Assembly: GCA_964357395.1 (NCBI GenBank)
Contig: CAYHLC010000001.1
Location: 119,599 to 183,598, forward strand
Length of the DNA stretch: 64,000 nt
Reading direction: 5' to 3'
From: an uncultured Candidatus Saccharibacteria bacterium
GTDB taxonomy: Bacteria > Patescibacteriota > Minisyncoccia > Phycocordibacterales > Phycocordibacteraceae
Below are positions 56,685 to 63,943 of the stretch, piece by piece (within the stretch, counting starts at the first letter, position 1; each line of letters begins with the position of its first letter). The position numbers and the translations under genes are program-made. The notes beneath the pieces were generated by a model. That model was given only the letters and a program-made list of their open reading frames with translations. It did no database searches and had not been told where the DNA came from.

Positions 56685-56705
56685 AGGCCCAACTGGGCCT
56701 TTGTT
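56685..56705 (+). terminator. rho-independent terminator after tRNA-Leu
   Basis: AGGCCC-AACT-GGGCCT then TTGTT. Confidence 0.7.
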
Positions 56706-56769
56706 CATAGGTGCATAAAGTGCTTGCGGTGCCTCCTTGCCGGGTGTAGGATAGGCAGATACCACGTGC

Positions 56770-56798
56770 TTGACTATACTAGAACAGCATGGTATAAT
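56770..56798 (+). promoter_or_regulatory. promoter TTGACT-N17-TATAAT, start codon 6 nt downstream
   Basis: Canonical hexamers and spacing; ATG at 56805. Confidence 0.55.
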
Positions 56799-56804
56799 GC
56801 AAAT

Positions 56805-56993
56805 ATGTGTGGATACTTCATACACCCTGAGGAGGGTTTCACCCTAAAAGGGGGTCTTACTATTTTTGGCGCCGTTTTCTTGTTAGGGTGTATAGCTACG
56901 TACGTCCTTGTCGATAAGGATACTGTACCAAGCAAGTTGATCCTTGAAATTTTGGGCGGATCTTCCTCTAATGGGCCTACCTACGAAACCTAA
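56805..56993 (+). CDS. small TM protein (62 aa), hypothetical
   Basis: MCGYFIHPEEGFTLKGGLTIFGAVFLLGCIATYVLV...; lies in an AT-rich segment. Confidence 0.4.
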   Translation: MCGYFIHPEEGFTLKGGLTIFGAVFLLGCIATYVLVDKDTVPSKLILEILGGSSSNGPTYET

Positions 56994-57490
56994 CGAAATT
57001 ATATGGCAAGAGAGGATTCATACCGCCCCACACGAACTGAGTTTATCCTAATTGCAGCTATTCTCTTGTTGGTAGTTGCGGGTATCAATATTGCGCCAGG
57101 GGAAGGCGCGGCAATCGATGCGTCGGAAGGTAAGTTTACTCCAAAGAGCAATCCTGATTTATACCCTAATTAAATTGTGTGGCATTTGAAGGAGACCAAC
57201 ACAAGCCAGAGCCTAATTATCTCCTCAGAGGCGCGCTATTCATTTTTGCAGCTGTCTCGATATTTATAATGCTCGGCATATCCGGTCCTTCGGGCATTGA
57301 GCTTGAGTGAGAGCATACATCCTGCAGAAGCGGGGTTTTTGTTTTGAGGCCTTTAATTAATCTGTATATCTGTTAGTATTCTGACTGTCCCCGATGAGGG
57401 GGCGGAGTGAACTACTCGCGCCCATAAGCGAAGCTTTTGGGCGCTGCACTCGGACGCCATGAGTGCAAGCACTCGCGGCGTCACTCGTTT

Positions 57491-57566
57491 GCGCCCATAG
57501 CTCAGCTGGTAGAGCAACCGACTCTTAATCGGCAGGTCCTTGGTTCGAATCCAAGTGGGCGCACCA
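57491..57566 (+). tRNA. tRNA-Lys (anticodon CTT), CCA encoded
   Basis: Acceptor GCGCCCA/TGGGCGC, D-arm GCTC-AGCTGGTA-GAGC, anticodon loop CTCTTAA, T-loop TTCGAAT. Confidence 0.9.
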
Positions 57567-57571
57567 AGAAC

Positions 57572-57600
57572 AAAACATCCCACCTGCGTGGGATTTTTGT
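57572..57600 (+). terminator. rho-independent terminator after tRNA-Lys
   Basis: ATCCCAC-CTGC-GTGGGAT then TTTTGTT. Confidence 0.85.
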
Positions 57601-57737
57601 TACTTGGTGCGAGACGGAGCCGTGTTTTCTGTTTCAGAAAACGGGCGAGTCGGGGCCTGCGTGCGCAAGCGAACGGAGGTGAGCTTGTGACATGTGGGCC
57701 ACTTGTGCGGGACGGAGCCAAGTCTTGTGCATTGTAC

Positions 57738-57767
57738 TATTCGCGCGAATTAGAGCATGAGGGTTTG
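57738..57767 (+). promoter_or_regulatory. conserved ~30-nt motif with perfect palindrome TTCGCGCGAA (copy 1), upstream of HAD hydrolase gene
   Basis: TATTCGCGCGAATTAGAGCATGAGGGTTTG; 31/33 identical to copy at 59074..59102. Confidence 0.5.
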
Positions 57768-57806
57768 CGGGCTTGTGACGGTCATTAGGCAAGGTACACT
57801 TATGCA

Positions 57807-58538
57807 ATGCTGCAGTTGCCGAAGGCAGTTTTGTTTGATATCGACGATACATTGACCCACAGCTATGAAGAGCCGGCTCAGGAGTTGGTGGCAGACCTCG
57901 ACTCACTCATAGCCAGAATCCCTGTTGCTATTGTCTCCGCGGCCAGCTTTACACGCATTGAAAAGCACTTCCTCAGCGTCCTAGTGTCGCACCAAAAGGA
58001 GGGCAAGTTGTATATCTTTTCCAACAATGCGTCCCAATGTTTTTTGTTCAGAAACTCGCAGTGGGAGCTAGAGTACGCATTTGGCATGACGGATGAGGAG
58101 CGCGGGAGCATAAAGGCTGCAATTAGTGAGAGCGCAGCAGAGCTTGGTATCGAGCACAACGTCATTGATAGGGAGACAAAGATTGTGTACCACGGCGTCT
58201 CAAACGATGCTCACCAAGATATAAAGAAGGCATGGGACCCTGATATGGCAAAGCGGAGTGGTATGAAGTCGGCACTCGAAAAGCGCATATCAGGGTATGA
58301 GATCTTGATTGGGGGCACGCACACGCTCGATATCACCAAGCAGGGGGTCAACAAGTCGTACGCGGTGGAGTGGCTCGCAAAGGACCTCAAGGTCGCGCCC
58401 GCAGAGATGCTCTTTGTTGGTGACGCACTGTACGAGGGCGGAAACGACGCTGTCGTAATCCCAACTGGCATACAGACCCGCCAGGTGGCCGGCCCACACG
58501 AGACACATGTACTTATCAAAGAACTACTTACACTCTAA
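57807..58538 (+). CDS. HAD-superfamily hydrolase (Cof/HAD-IIB-like)
   Basis: Motif I VLFDIDDTLT, motif II/III and C-terminal GD..ND. Confidence 0.8.
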   Translation: MLQLPKAVLFDIDDTLTHSYEEPAQELVADLDSLIARIPVAIVSAASFTRIEKHFLSVLVSHQKEGKLYIFSNNASQCFLFRNSQWELEYAFGMTDEERGSIKAAISESAAELGIEHNVIDRETKIVYHGVSNDAHQDIKKAWDPDMAKRSGMKSALEKRISGYEILIGGTHTLDITKQGVNKSYAVEWLAKDLKVAPAEMLFVGDALYEGGNDAVVIPTGIQTRQVAGPHETHVLIKELLTL

Positions 58539-58540
58539 GT

Positions 58541-59050
58541 ATGAAATGGATAGGAATTACCGGTAGTTGGCGTGCGACAAGCGCCGAGGTGGAGCGGGAC
58601 GTACGCGACTTTGTGCGCACAGCGATAGAGCGCGGAGACGGTATCGTTACTGGCGGAGCACTGAACGTCGACTACTTCGCAACCGACGAGGCGCTGAAGT
58701 ATGACTCCGGGGCGGATCGAATAAAGACCTTCCTCCCCGCGACGCTGGATCGGTACGCCGCCCACTACCGCAAGCGGGCAGGGGAAGGGGTGATAACGAG
58801 CGAGCAGGCAGAACAGCTTGTGGCACAACTAACTGAGGTCAAGCGGAGGAATCCGAATGCGCTTATAGAGAACCTGACTAACGAGATTGTAGACAAGACT
58901 AACTATTACAATCGGAATACCGACGTTGTCGACGCATCAGACGAACTGGCCGCATTCCAAGTCAACGAGAGCAAGGGTGCGCAGGACACGATAGACAAAG
59001 CCAGGGCGCAAGGGAAGCCGGTGACTCTCAAACAGTACACCATTCAGTAG
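58541..59050 (+). CDS. Rossmann-fold protein of the DprA/LOG (SLOG)-like type
   Basis: GITGSWRATSAEVERDVRDFVRTAIERGDGIVTGGALNVDYFATDEAL resembles the DprA/Smf and LOG nucleotide-binding core (hGiTG...ivSGgA.GiD); function unknown. Confidence 0.4.
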   Translation: MKWIGITGSWRATSAEVERDVRDFVRTAIERGDGIVTGGALNVDYFATDEALKYDSGADRIKTFLPATLDRYAAHYRKRAGEGVITSEQAEQLVAQLTEVKRRNPNALIENLTNEIVDKTNYYNRNTDVVDASDELAAFQVNESKGAQDTIDKARAQGKPVTLKQYTIQ

Positions 59051-59073
59051 CTCTGTACATTTCCTTATTTCCT

Positions 59074-59102
59074 TATTCGCGCGAATTAGATAATGAGGGT
59101 TG
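59074..59102 (+). promoter_or_regulatory. conserved motif with palindrome TTCGCGCGAA (copy 2), upstream of def
   Basis: TTATTCGCGCGAATTAGATAATGAGGGTTGG; preceded by tandem TTCCTTATT x2. Confidence 0.5.
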
Positions 59103-59154
59103 GTTGAGGGTTGTGAAAGTGCGTGCAGCGTTTTGGGTTTGATATAGTAGCCAC

Positions 59155-59709
59155 ATGAGTACAGATTTCGTTGCGAGGCTGAAGGCTCTAGAGAGGGTAT
59201 TGATGGAAGTGCCGGAGCTTACCTATGCAGGGAACCTGGTGCTGCGCACCCCAGCTGCAGAGGTCACAGTAGATGAGGGTAAGGACATAGCTTCGAGGCT
59301 GGAGGACGCACTCCTAAAGTATCGTGCTATTACTGGCACCGGCCGTGGACTTGCTGCGCCGCAAATTGGTGTTGGCAAGGCGGTGTTTATTACGTACCTG
59401 GAGGACAAGATTGAAGTGTTCTTGAACCCTAGGATTGTCGGGAAGTCGGGGGAGACCAGTATGTATAAAGAGCTCTGCATGAGCGTCGGCGTGGTGGCAG
59501 CTGATGTGGAGCGTCCGCAATGGATAGTGCTCGCATGGACCGACTTGGAGGGCAATGCGCATGAGGAGAAGTTCGATTCCTTTAAGGCACGCCTCTACCA
59601 GCACGAGGAGGCGCACCTCCGTGGCCTCCTCAACATTGACGAGGCAGTGTCGGGAGGTATCGAGCTTGCCAACTTTGACCCACTTAAGGAGCAGCTCCGT
59701 CCCAAATAG
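59155..59709 (+). CDS. def: peptide deformylase
   Basis: Motif 1 GRGLAAPQIG, motif 2 ELCMS, motif 3 QHEEAHLRG. Confidence 0.9.
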   Translation: MSTDFVARLKALERVLMEVPELTYAGNLVLRTPAAEVTVDEGKDIASRLEDALLKYRAITGTGRGLAAPQIGVGKAVFITYLEDKIEVFLNPRIVGKSGETSMYKELCMSVGVVAADVERPQWIVLAWTDLEGNAHEEKFDSFKARLYQHEEAHLRGLLNIDEAVSGGIELANFDPLKEQLRPK

Positions 59710-59785
59710 ATTGACAGTTGTAGGGTGGCTGATACGATTAGTGGATGACGCACAAGACATTTCTCGAGCTCTTCGGCTTTAGACG

Positions 59786-59863
59786 GGGTCTTGGCGACTT
59801 CTCTTGCTAGCAGTAACTTCCGAAGAGAATCCACCAAGACCCACCAAAAAAGGGTCTTATTTT
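59786..59863 (+). promoter_or_regulatory. alternative-hairpin element (possible attenuator/terminator) between def and ybaK
   Basis: Long hairpin GGGTCTTGG(59786-94)...CCAAGACCC(59834-42) with nested TTCTCTT/AAGAGAA, versus terminator-like hairpin AAGACCC(59836-42)-ACCAAAAAA-GGGTCTT(59852-58)+ATTTT. The two share the CCAAGACCC strand, so they are mutually exclusive. Confidence 0.4.
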
Positions 59864-59877
59864 ATAACCAGCAAACT

Positions 59878-59994
59878 ATGAGTTACGAAAACAAAATCAT
59901 CTTAGAATCAGCAACAGTGGACGAGCCCACATGCCGACACGGCGTGCGGCTCCCGAAGTCCAACTGCAATGCGTGTAAGAACGGTTACTTATAA
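59878..59994 (+). CDS. small Cys-containing ORF (38 aa), hypothetical
   Basis: Own translation: MSYENKIILESATVDEPTCRHGVRLPKSNCNACKNGYL (C..H...C..C). Confidence 0.25.
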   Translation: MSYENKIILESATVDEPTCRHGVRLPKSNCNACKNGYL

Positions 59995-60003
59995 ACTAAC
60001 AGA

Positions 60004-60555
60004 ATGCTTATGGAGCTTGGAACCTTAAAGATTGTGAGTGTGGCAGAGGGTCAGGAATTGTTGGCACCCACAGTAGCCGCAGCCCTCGCTTGGTTGGAGA
60101 TTGCTGAGGTAGGAGTAACAGAGATCGATCCCACGCTGTCGGACACAGCGGCGTTCTGCGAACATTACAAGGTAGCTATGAGCCAGGCTGCTAACTGCGT
60201 GGTGCTGGAGGCCAAGCGGGCAGACCGGGTGTGGTACGCAGCGTGCGTGATCCTCGGGACCACACGTGCTGACATTAACGGCATAGCACGGAAGACTTTG
60301 GATGCGCGGAAGGTGTCCTTCGCCCCCATGGACCAAGCAGTATCTAAGACGGGCATGGAGTATGGAGCTATTACGCCGGTTGGCCTACCTGCAGACTGGT
60401 CCATACTGATAGACAGGGCGGTAGCGGATTCGGAATACGTCATCATCGGGAGCGGGGTACGGAAGTCGAAGCTGGTGGTGCCAGGCAGCTTCCTTGCCAA
60501 GCTACCAAACGTGCAGGTTATCGATGGCCTCGGCCGCGTACCACCGCAACTCTAA
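60004..60555 (+). CDS. ybaK: YbaK/ProX-type aminoacyl-tRNA deacylase (Cys-tRNA(Pro) deacylase)
   Basis: YbaK-domain pattern: NCVVLEAKR, GAITPVG, VIIGSGVRKSKL. Confidence 0.75.
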   Translation: MLMELGTLKIVSVAEGQELLAPTVAAALAWLEIAEVGVTEIDPTLSDTAAFCEHYKVAMSQAANCVVLEAKRADRVWYAACVILGTTRADINGIARKTLDARKVSFAPMDQAVSKTGMEYGAITPVGLPADWSILIDRAVADSEYVIIGSGVRKSKLVVPGSFLAKLPNVQVIDGLGRVPPQL

Positions 60556-60751
60556 CCGTTGATTGCGCTTTGCAAAGCGAGTGCGCAGGCTGCGCAGAAG
60601 GCTGCTGCAAGGATCACTGTAGTTCCAGTTCTAACCGTAATGTGCTGCGTGCCATCTGCCTCGCAGCCCGATACCTCACTGGCGTTGCAGCGGATCTTAC
60701 CTGACGAGCGGGTCCGCGTCACCTCGAGTTTTCCTTCTGGTGCTGACATAG

Positions 60752-60837
60752 TGCCGGGGGTGGGAGTCGAACCCACAAACACCTTGCGGTGTTACAAATT
60801 TTAAGTCTGCTGCGTACACCAATTCCGCCACCCCGGC
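60752..60837 (-). tRNA. tRNA-Leu (anticodon TAA), class II
   Basis: Reverse-complement fold: acceptor GCCGGGG/CCCCGGC, 3-bp D-stem GCG/CGC, anticodon stem GCAGA/TTTGT (two G-U pairs), loop CTTAAAA, variable arm ACACC-GCAA-GGTGT, T-arm GTGGG-TTCGACT-CCCAC. Confidence 0.75.
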
Positions 60838-60857
60838 GCACTATAGTTCTACCACAA

Positions 60858-61517
60858 CTAATTGCCCCGGACTATGTCGATTTTCATGCGGTAGGCGCCA
60901 ATGATAGCGAGTACAGAAAAGCCGATACCTATGCCCGCGATCGCGTACCAGTTACCGCTCACGATCACGTCGCCAAATGCGGTGTAGAGAACAATGAAGG
61001 GTACCTGCACCGCCATATGCACCACGATGTAATACCAGTAGGGGATCCGGGTTAAGCCGGCTGCGTACGCAAAGAGGTCCATAAACCCCATGAAGTACAC
61101 ACGCGCCTTGGCAAAGCTCCACTTATCACCGAGCTGCCCCAAGACCTGGTCGACCATAGGCCGTTGGGAGGTAGACGTGAAGTAGTTAAGAACAGAGCGG
61201 CCAAAGAATCTGCTGATGAAGAAGGCGATAGTAGAGCCGATCAGATCTCCGAGGAATACATATGCAAATCCGGTCCAGAATCCGAATACTGCGCCGGAGA
61301 TGGGGTAGATAATGGCACCACCAAGCGGTGCTACTACTATCGTTGTCGCTTTCAGCAAGATCACAATAAGTGGCGCAAATATACCCGCGTCCGCCACTTT
61401 GTCGCGCAGTGTGTCGAGGCCGACTGTAACTGTGATGATGTATGCGACACCAACCGTCACGGCGATAATACCGAGGTTCCAAAACGCTTCCTTTGCTGAC
61501 GGCTTAGTGTCTTCCAT
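60858..61517 (-). CDS. DedA/TVP38 family membrane protein
   Basis: Track ORF trimmed to MEDTKPSAKE; DedA core ...GFAYVFLGDLIGSTIAFFISRFFGR... and re-entrant loops. Confidence 0.75.
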   Translation of the reverse strand: MEDTKPSAKEAFWNLGIIAVTVGVAYIITVTVGLDTLRDKVADAGIFAPLIVILLKATTIVVAPLGGAIIYPISGAVFGFWTGFAYVFLGDLIGSTIAFFISRFFGRSVLNYFTSTSQRPMVDQVLGQLGDKWSFAKARVYFMGFMDLFAYAAGLTRIPYWYYIVVHMAVQVPFIVLYTAFGDVIVSGNWYAIAGIGIGFSVLAIIGAYRMKIDIVRGN

Positions 61518-61604
61518 TTTGAGGCCACGGCGGGAATCGCACCCGCGCATAAAGGATTTGCAGTCCTCTGCCTTGCTACTTGGCTACGTGGCCGCTTCCC
61601 AATA

Positions 61605-61919
61605 TTACTCTATCGGTGGGGCTTCACCAACTATAACGCCGCCGATGTTTGGGTCTTGCTGGAAGGTGAAGTAGGGGATCATCCTCATCTTAATCGTCTT
61701 TTTAACATGATCGCGGAAGTCCTCGCGCACGCGATTCAGAAACTCCAAGGCAGGGGCTGCTGCCGAGTCGGGGAATATGCTCACAAAGATTATGCCGCGC
61801 ATACCGCGCTCGCCAAGCTGGACCTTGGTGACGGTGATCAGCGACCGCCTATTGGACTCGCGGTTTATAAACTCGGCTGCAGCTTGTGCTATCGCGGATA
61901 CGACCTTGGCGTTATCCAT
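61605..61919 (-). CDS. rbfA: ribosome-binding factor A
   Basis: Track ORF 61605..62132 trimmed to Met 61919: [49 protein letters not shown]..., the RbfA KH-like pattern. Overlaps infB end by 8 nt. Confidence 0.75.
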   Translation of the reverse strand: MDNAKVVSAIAQAAAEFINRESNRRSLITVTKVQLGERGMRGIIFVSIFPDSAAAPALEFLNRVREDFRDHVKKTIKMRMIPYFTFQQDPNIGGVIVGEAPPIE

Positions 61920-63417
61920 GTTTCTTACCACCGATCTGCACCATATCGCCACCGACGATATCCGCCTTACTATCGATCTGCATACCAAACTCGAGGCCCT
62001 CGGCCACAGTAGAGACGTTAGAGCGCTGCTGCTGCAGGTTGCTAATCTTGCCGTGGCCGATCTCAAGGCCGCGTCGGAAGATGGATACCTGCTCGCCGAG
62101 CTTGATAACACCACTCTCAACCTTTGCTCCAACGACGTGCTTGGAGCCTGCAGCAGAAAAGAGCTTGATTATCTTGGCAGTACCGGTTATTGCTTCTGCA
62201 CTCCGATCCGGTGCGTGCCTGATCAGCTCCGCTGCGAGCCACTCTGAGAGCTCATAGATAATCGCACGTGACTCGAGCATGATCCGCTGGCGCTCCGCGA
62301 GGTCCTTGGCAGATGGGTCCACCTTTATGTTGAAGGCGAGTATCGCCGAAGGGGAGAATCCGATAAGTAACTTAACATCATTCTCGTTTACTGCGCCGAC
62401 GCCGGTCGCCACGGTTAAGACCTCGACATCAGGGTGTGTCACCTTGGCGAGTTCGTACTGCAGCGCCTCGATAGAACCCTGTGTGTCTGCCTTCAGCACC
62501 ACGCGCATCACTACTTTGTCGGTGTTTTCGGCGTTGGATCGTGTAGCGTCGCTGTTCTTCCTCGCAATAGTAGCTGCGACTACCATTTCCTCTGCCTCCT
62601 TCTTTGTGCTAACCACGGTGACGGTGGAGCCGACGACAGGCTCGGCAGTAAATCCGGTGAGGCGCGCGGGCTTGCCGCACTCTAGGGAGTCGACCCGCTT
62701 GCCTGCAAAGTTCTCGATCGAGCGGAGCGGTGCGTAGGCGGTGCCAGTCACTGCAAATCCACCAGTTTGTAGTGTGCCCTGGCGGATGATAACGGTTGCT
62801 GCGGTGCCGCTCTTCGCGTCGCGAGACGACTCGATAACCACTGCCTCTACCGCAGCTCCAGGGTCGGCCTTCAGCTCCTGCACTTCTGCAACGAGGAGGA
62901 TGAGGTCCATGAGTTCCGGAATGCCCTCGCCGCTTTTGCCAGAGACTGCTGCCCACGGAACATCGCCGCCGAGTCCCTCCAGGTAGACACCTTCGCGCAG
63001 CACCGTCTCCTTGGCCTTTTCGATATTAGCCGTGTCCTTATCAATCTTGGTAAATGCGACAATCATCGGGACCCCAGCATCGTTGATAGCCTTGATGGCC
63101 TCTTGGGTTTGCGGCTTGACGCCATCGTCTGCTGCAACAATAAGGATGGCGATGTCTGCTGCGCGTGCAGAGCGGCGACGCATAGCACCAAAGGCCTCGT
63201 GGCCTGGTGTGTCGATAAAGGTGATCAGATGCTCACCGCTAGCATTCTTGTGGACTGCCTCATATGCAGAAACGCGCTGGGTGATACCGCCGTGCTCGCC
63301 ACCCGCGACATTAGCCTTTCGGATGTAGTCGAGGAGGGTAGTCTTGCCGTGGTCGATGTGACCAACAATGGCAACTACAGGCTGTACCGGCGTACTCATT
63401 GATAAAGGAAAGCACAA
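61912..63417 (-). CDS. infB: translation initiation factor IF-2, N-terminally minimal form (501 aa)
   Basis: G domain at extreme N-terminus ([30 protein letters not shown]), followed by IF2 domains II-IV. Confidence 0.92.
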   Translation of the reverse strand: MCFPLSMSTPVQPVVAIVGHIDHGKTTLLDYIRKANVAGGEHGGITQRVSAYEAVHKNASGEHLITFIDTPGHEAFGAMRRRSARAADIAILIVAADDGVKPQTQEAIKAINDAGVPMIVAFTKIDKDTANIEKAKETVLREGVYLEGLGGDVPWAAVSGKSGEGIPELMDLILLVAEVQELKADPGAAVEAVVIESSRDAKSGTAATVIIRQGTLQTGGFAVTGTAYAPLRSIENFAGKRVDSLECGKPARLTGFTAEPVVGSTVTVVSTKKEAEEMVVAATIARKNSDATRSNAENTDKVVMRVVLKADTQGSIEALQYELAKVTHPDVEVLTVATGVGAVNENDVKLLIGFSPSAILAFNIKVDPSAKDLAERQRIMLESRAIIYELSEWLAAELIRHAPDRSAEAITGTAKIIKLFSAAGSKHVVGAKVESGVIKLGEQVSIFRRGLEIGHGKISNLQQQRSNVSTVAEGLEFGMQIDSKADIVGGDMVQIGGKKHG

Positions 63418-63425
63418 AAAACGGC

Positions 63426-63920
63426 TTACTGCAAACTCTTTTTGGCGTCCTCGATGGATGCGCGTTCATCGTCGGAGAGCTCACGCTCCGACTTGAACTC
63501 TGAGACCTCCTTGGCATAGACGCGCACGCCATCGCGAGAGTGGATGCCCGAGAGGACGACGCCGTCGCCCCTCTCGTTGAGGAGTGTGGCAGCAAAGCTC
63601 TGCTGACCGCCACCGCTCTGGAACGGATCAAAGCGGCGGACCGAAACGCCACGGATCGAGCCCTGCAGCCGTTCATCTAAATTATTGAGTGCCGTCTCGG
63701 TCGTTGCTGCGTGCTCCTCGACTTTCGCTATCCGCTCCGTGTTCTTGTGTATTACTGGCTCCAAGCTCTTGCCATCGGTCCCGCGGGTGAGCACCGTAAG
63801 TCGGCGAGAGAGTAGTACTGTCTGCACAAGGGCGAGCACCAAGAGGACGAGGACTATGTCGAGGAGTGGATCCGACATGACCCTTGCTGCAATCGTATCC
63901 AAAATACTTTGCAAATTCAT
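63426..63920 (-). CDS. DUF4446 family protein
   Basis: N-terminal TM, coiled coil, then RRFDPFQSGGGQQSFAATLLNERGDGVVLSGIHSRDGVRVYAK, typical of DUF4446. Confidence 0.65.
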   Translation of the reverse strand: MNLQSILDTIAARVMSDPLLDIVLVLLVLALVQTVLLSRRLTVLTRGTDGKSLEPVIHKNTERIAKVEEHAATTETALNNLDERLQGSIRGVSVRRFDPFQSGGGQQSFAATLLNERGDGVVLSGIHSRDGVRVYAKEVSEFKSERELSDDERASIEDAKKSLQ

Positions 63921-63943
63921 GCTGAAAATAATAGTATCACGGT

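Noticed and set aside
57353-57721. 122-aa minus-strand ORF over tRNA-Lys
   Set aside because: Overlaps tRNA-Lys and its terminator.
60552-60782. 76-aa minus-strand ORF downstream of ybaK
   Set aside because: Overlaps tRNA-Leu(TAA).
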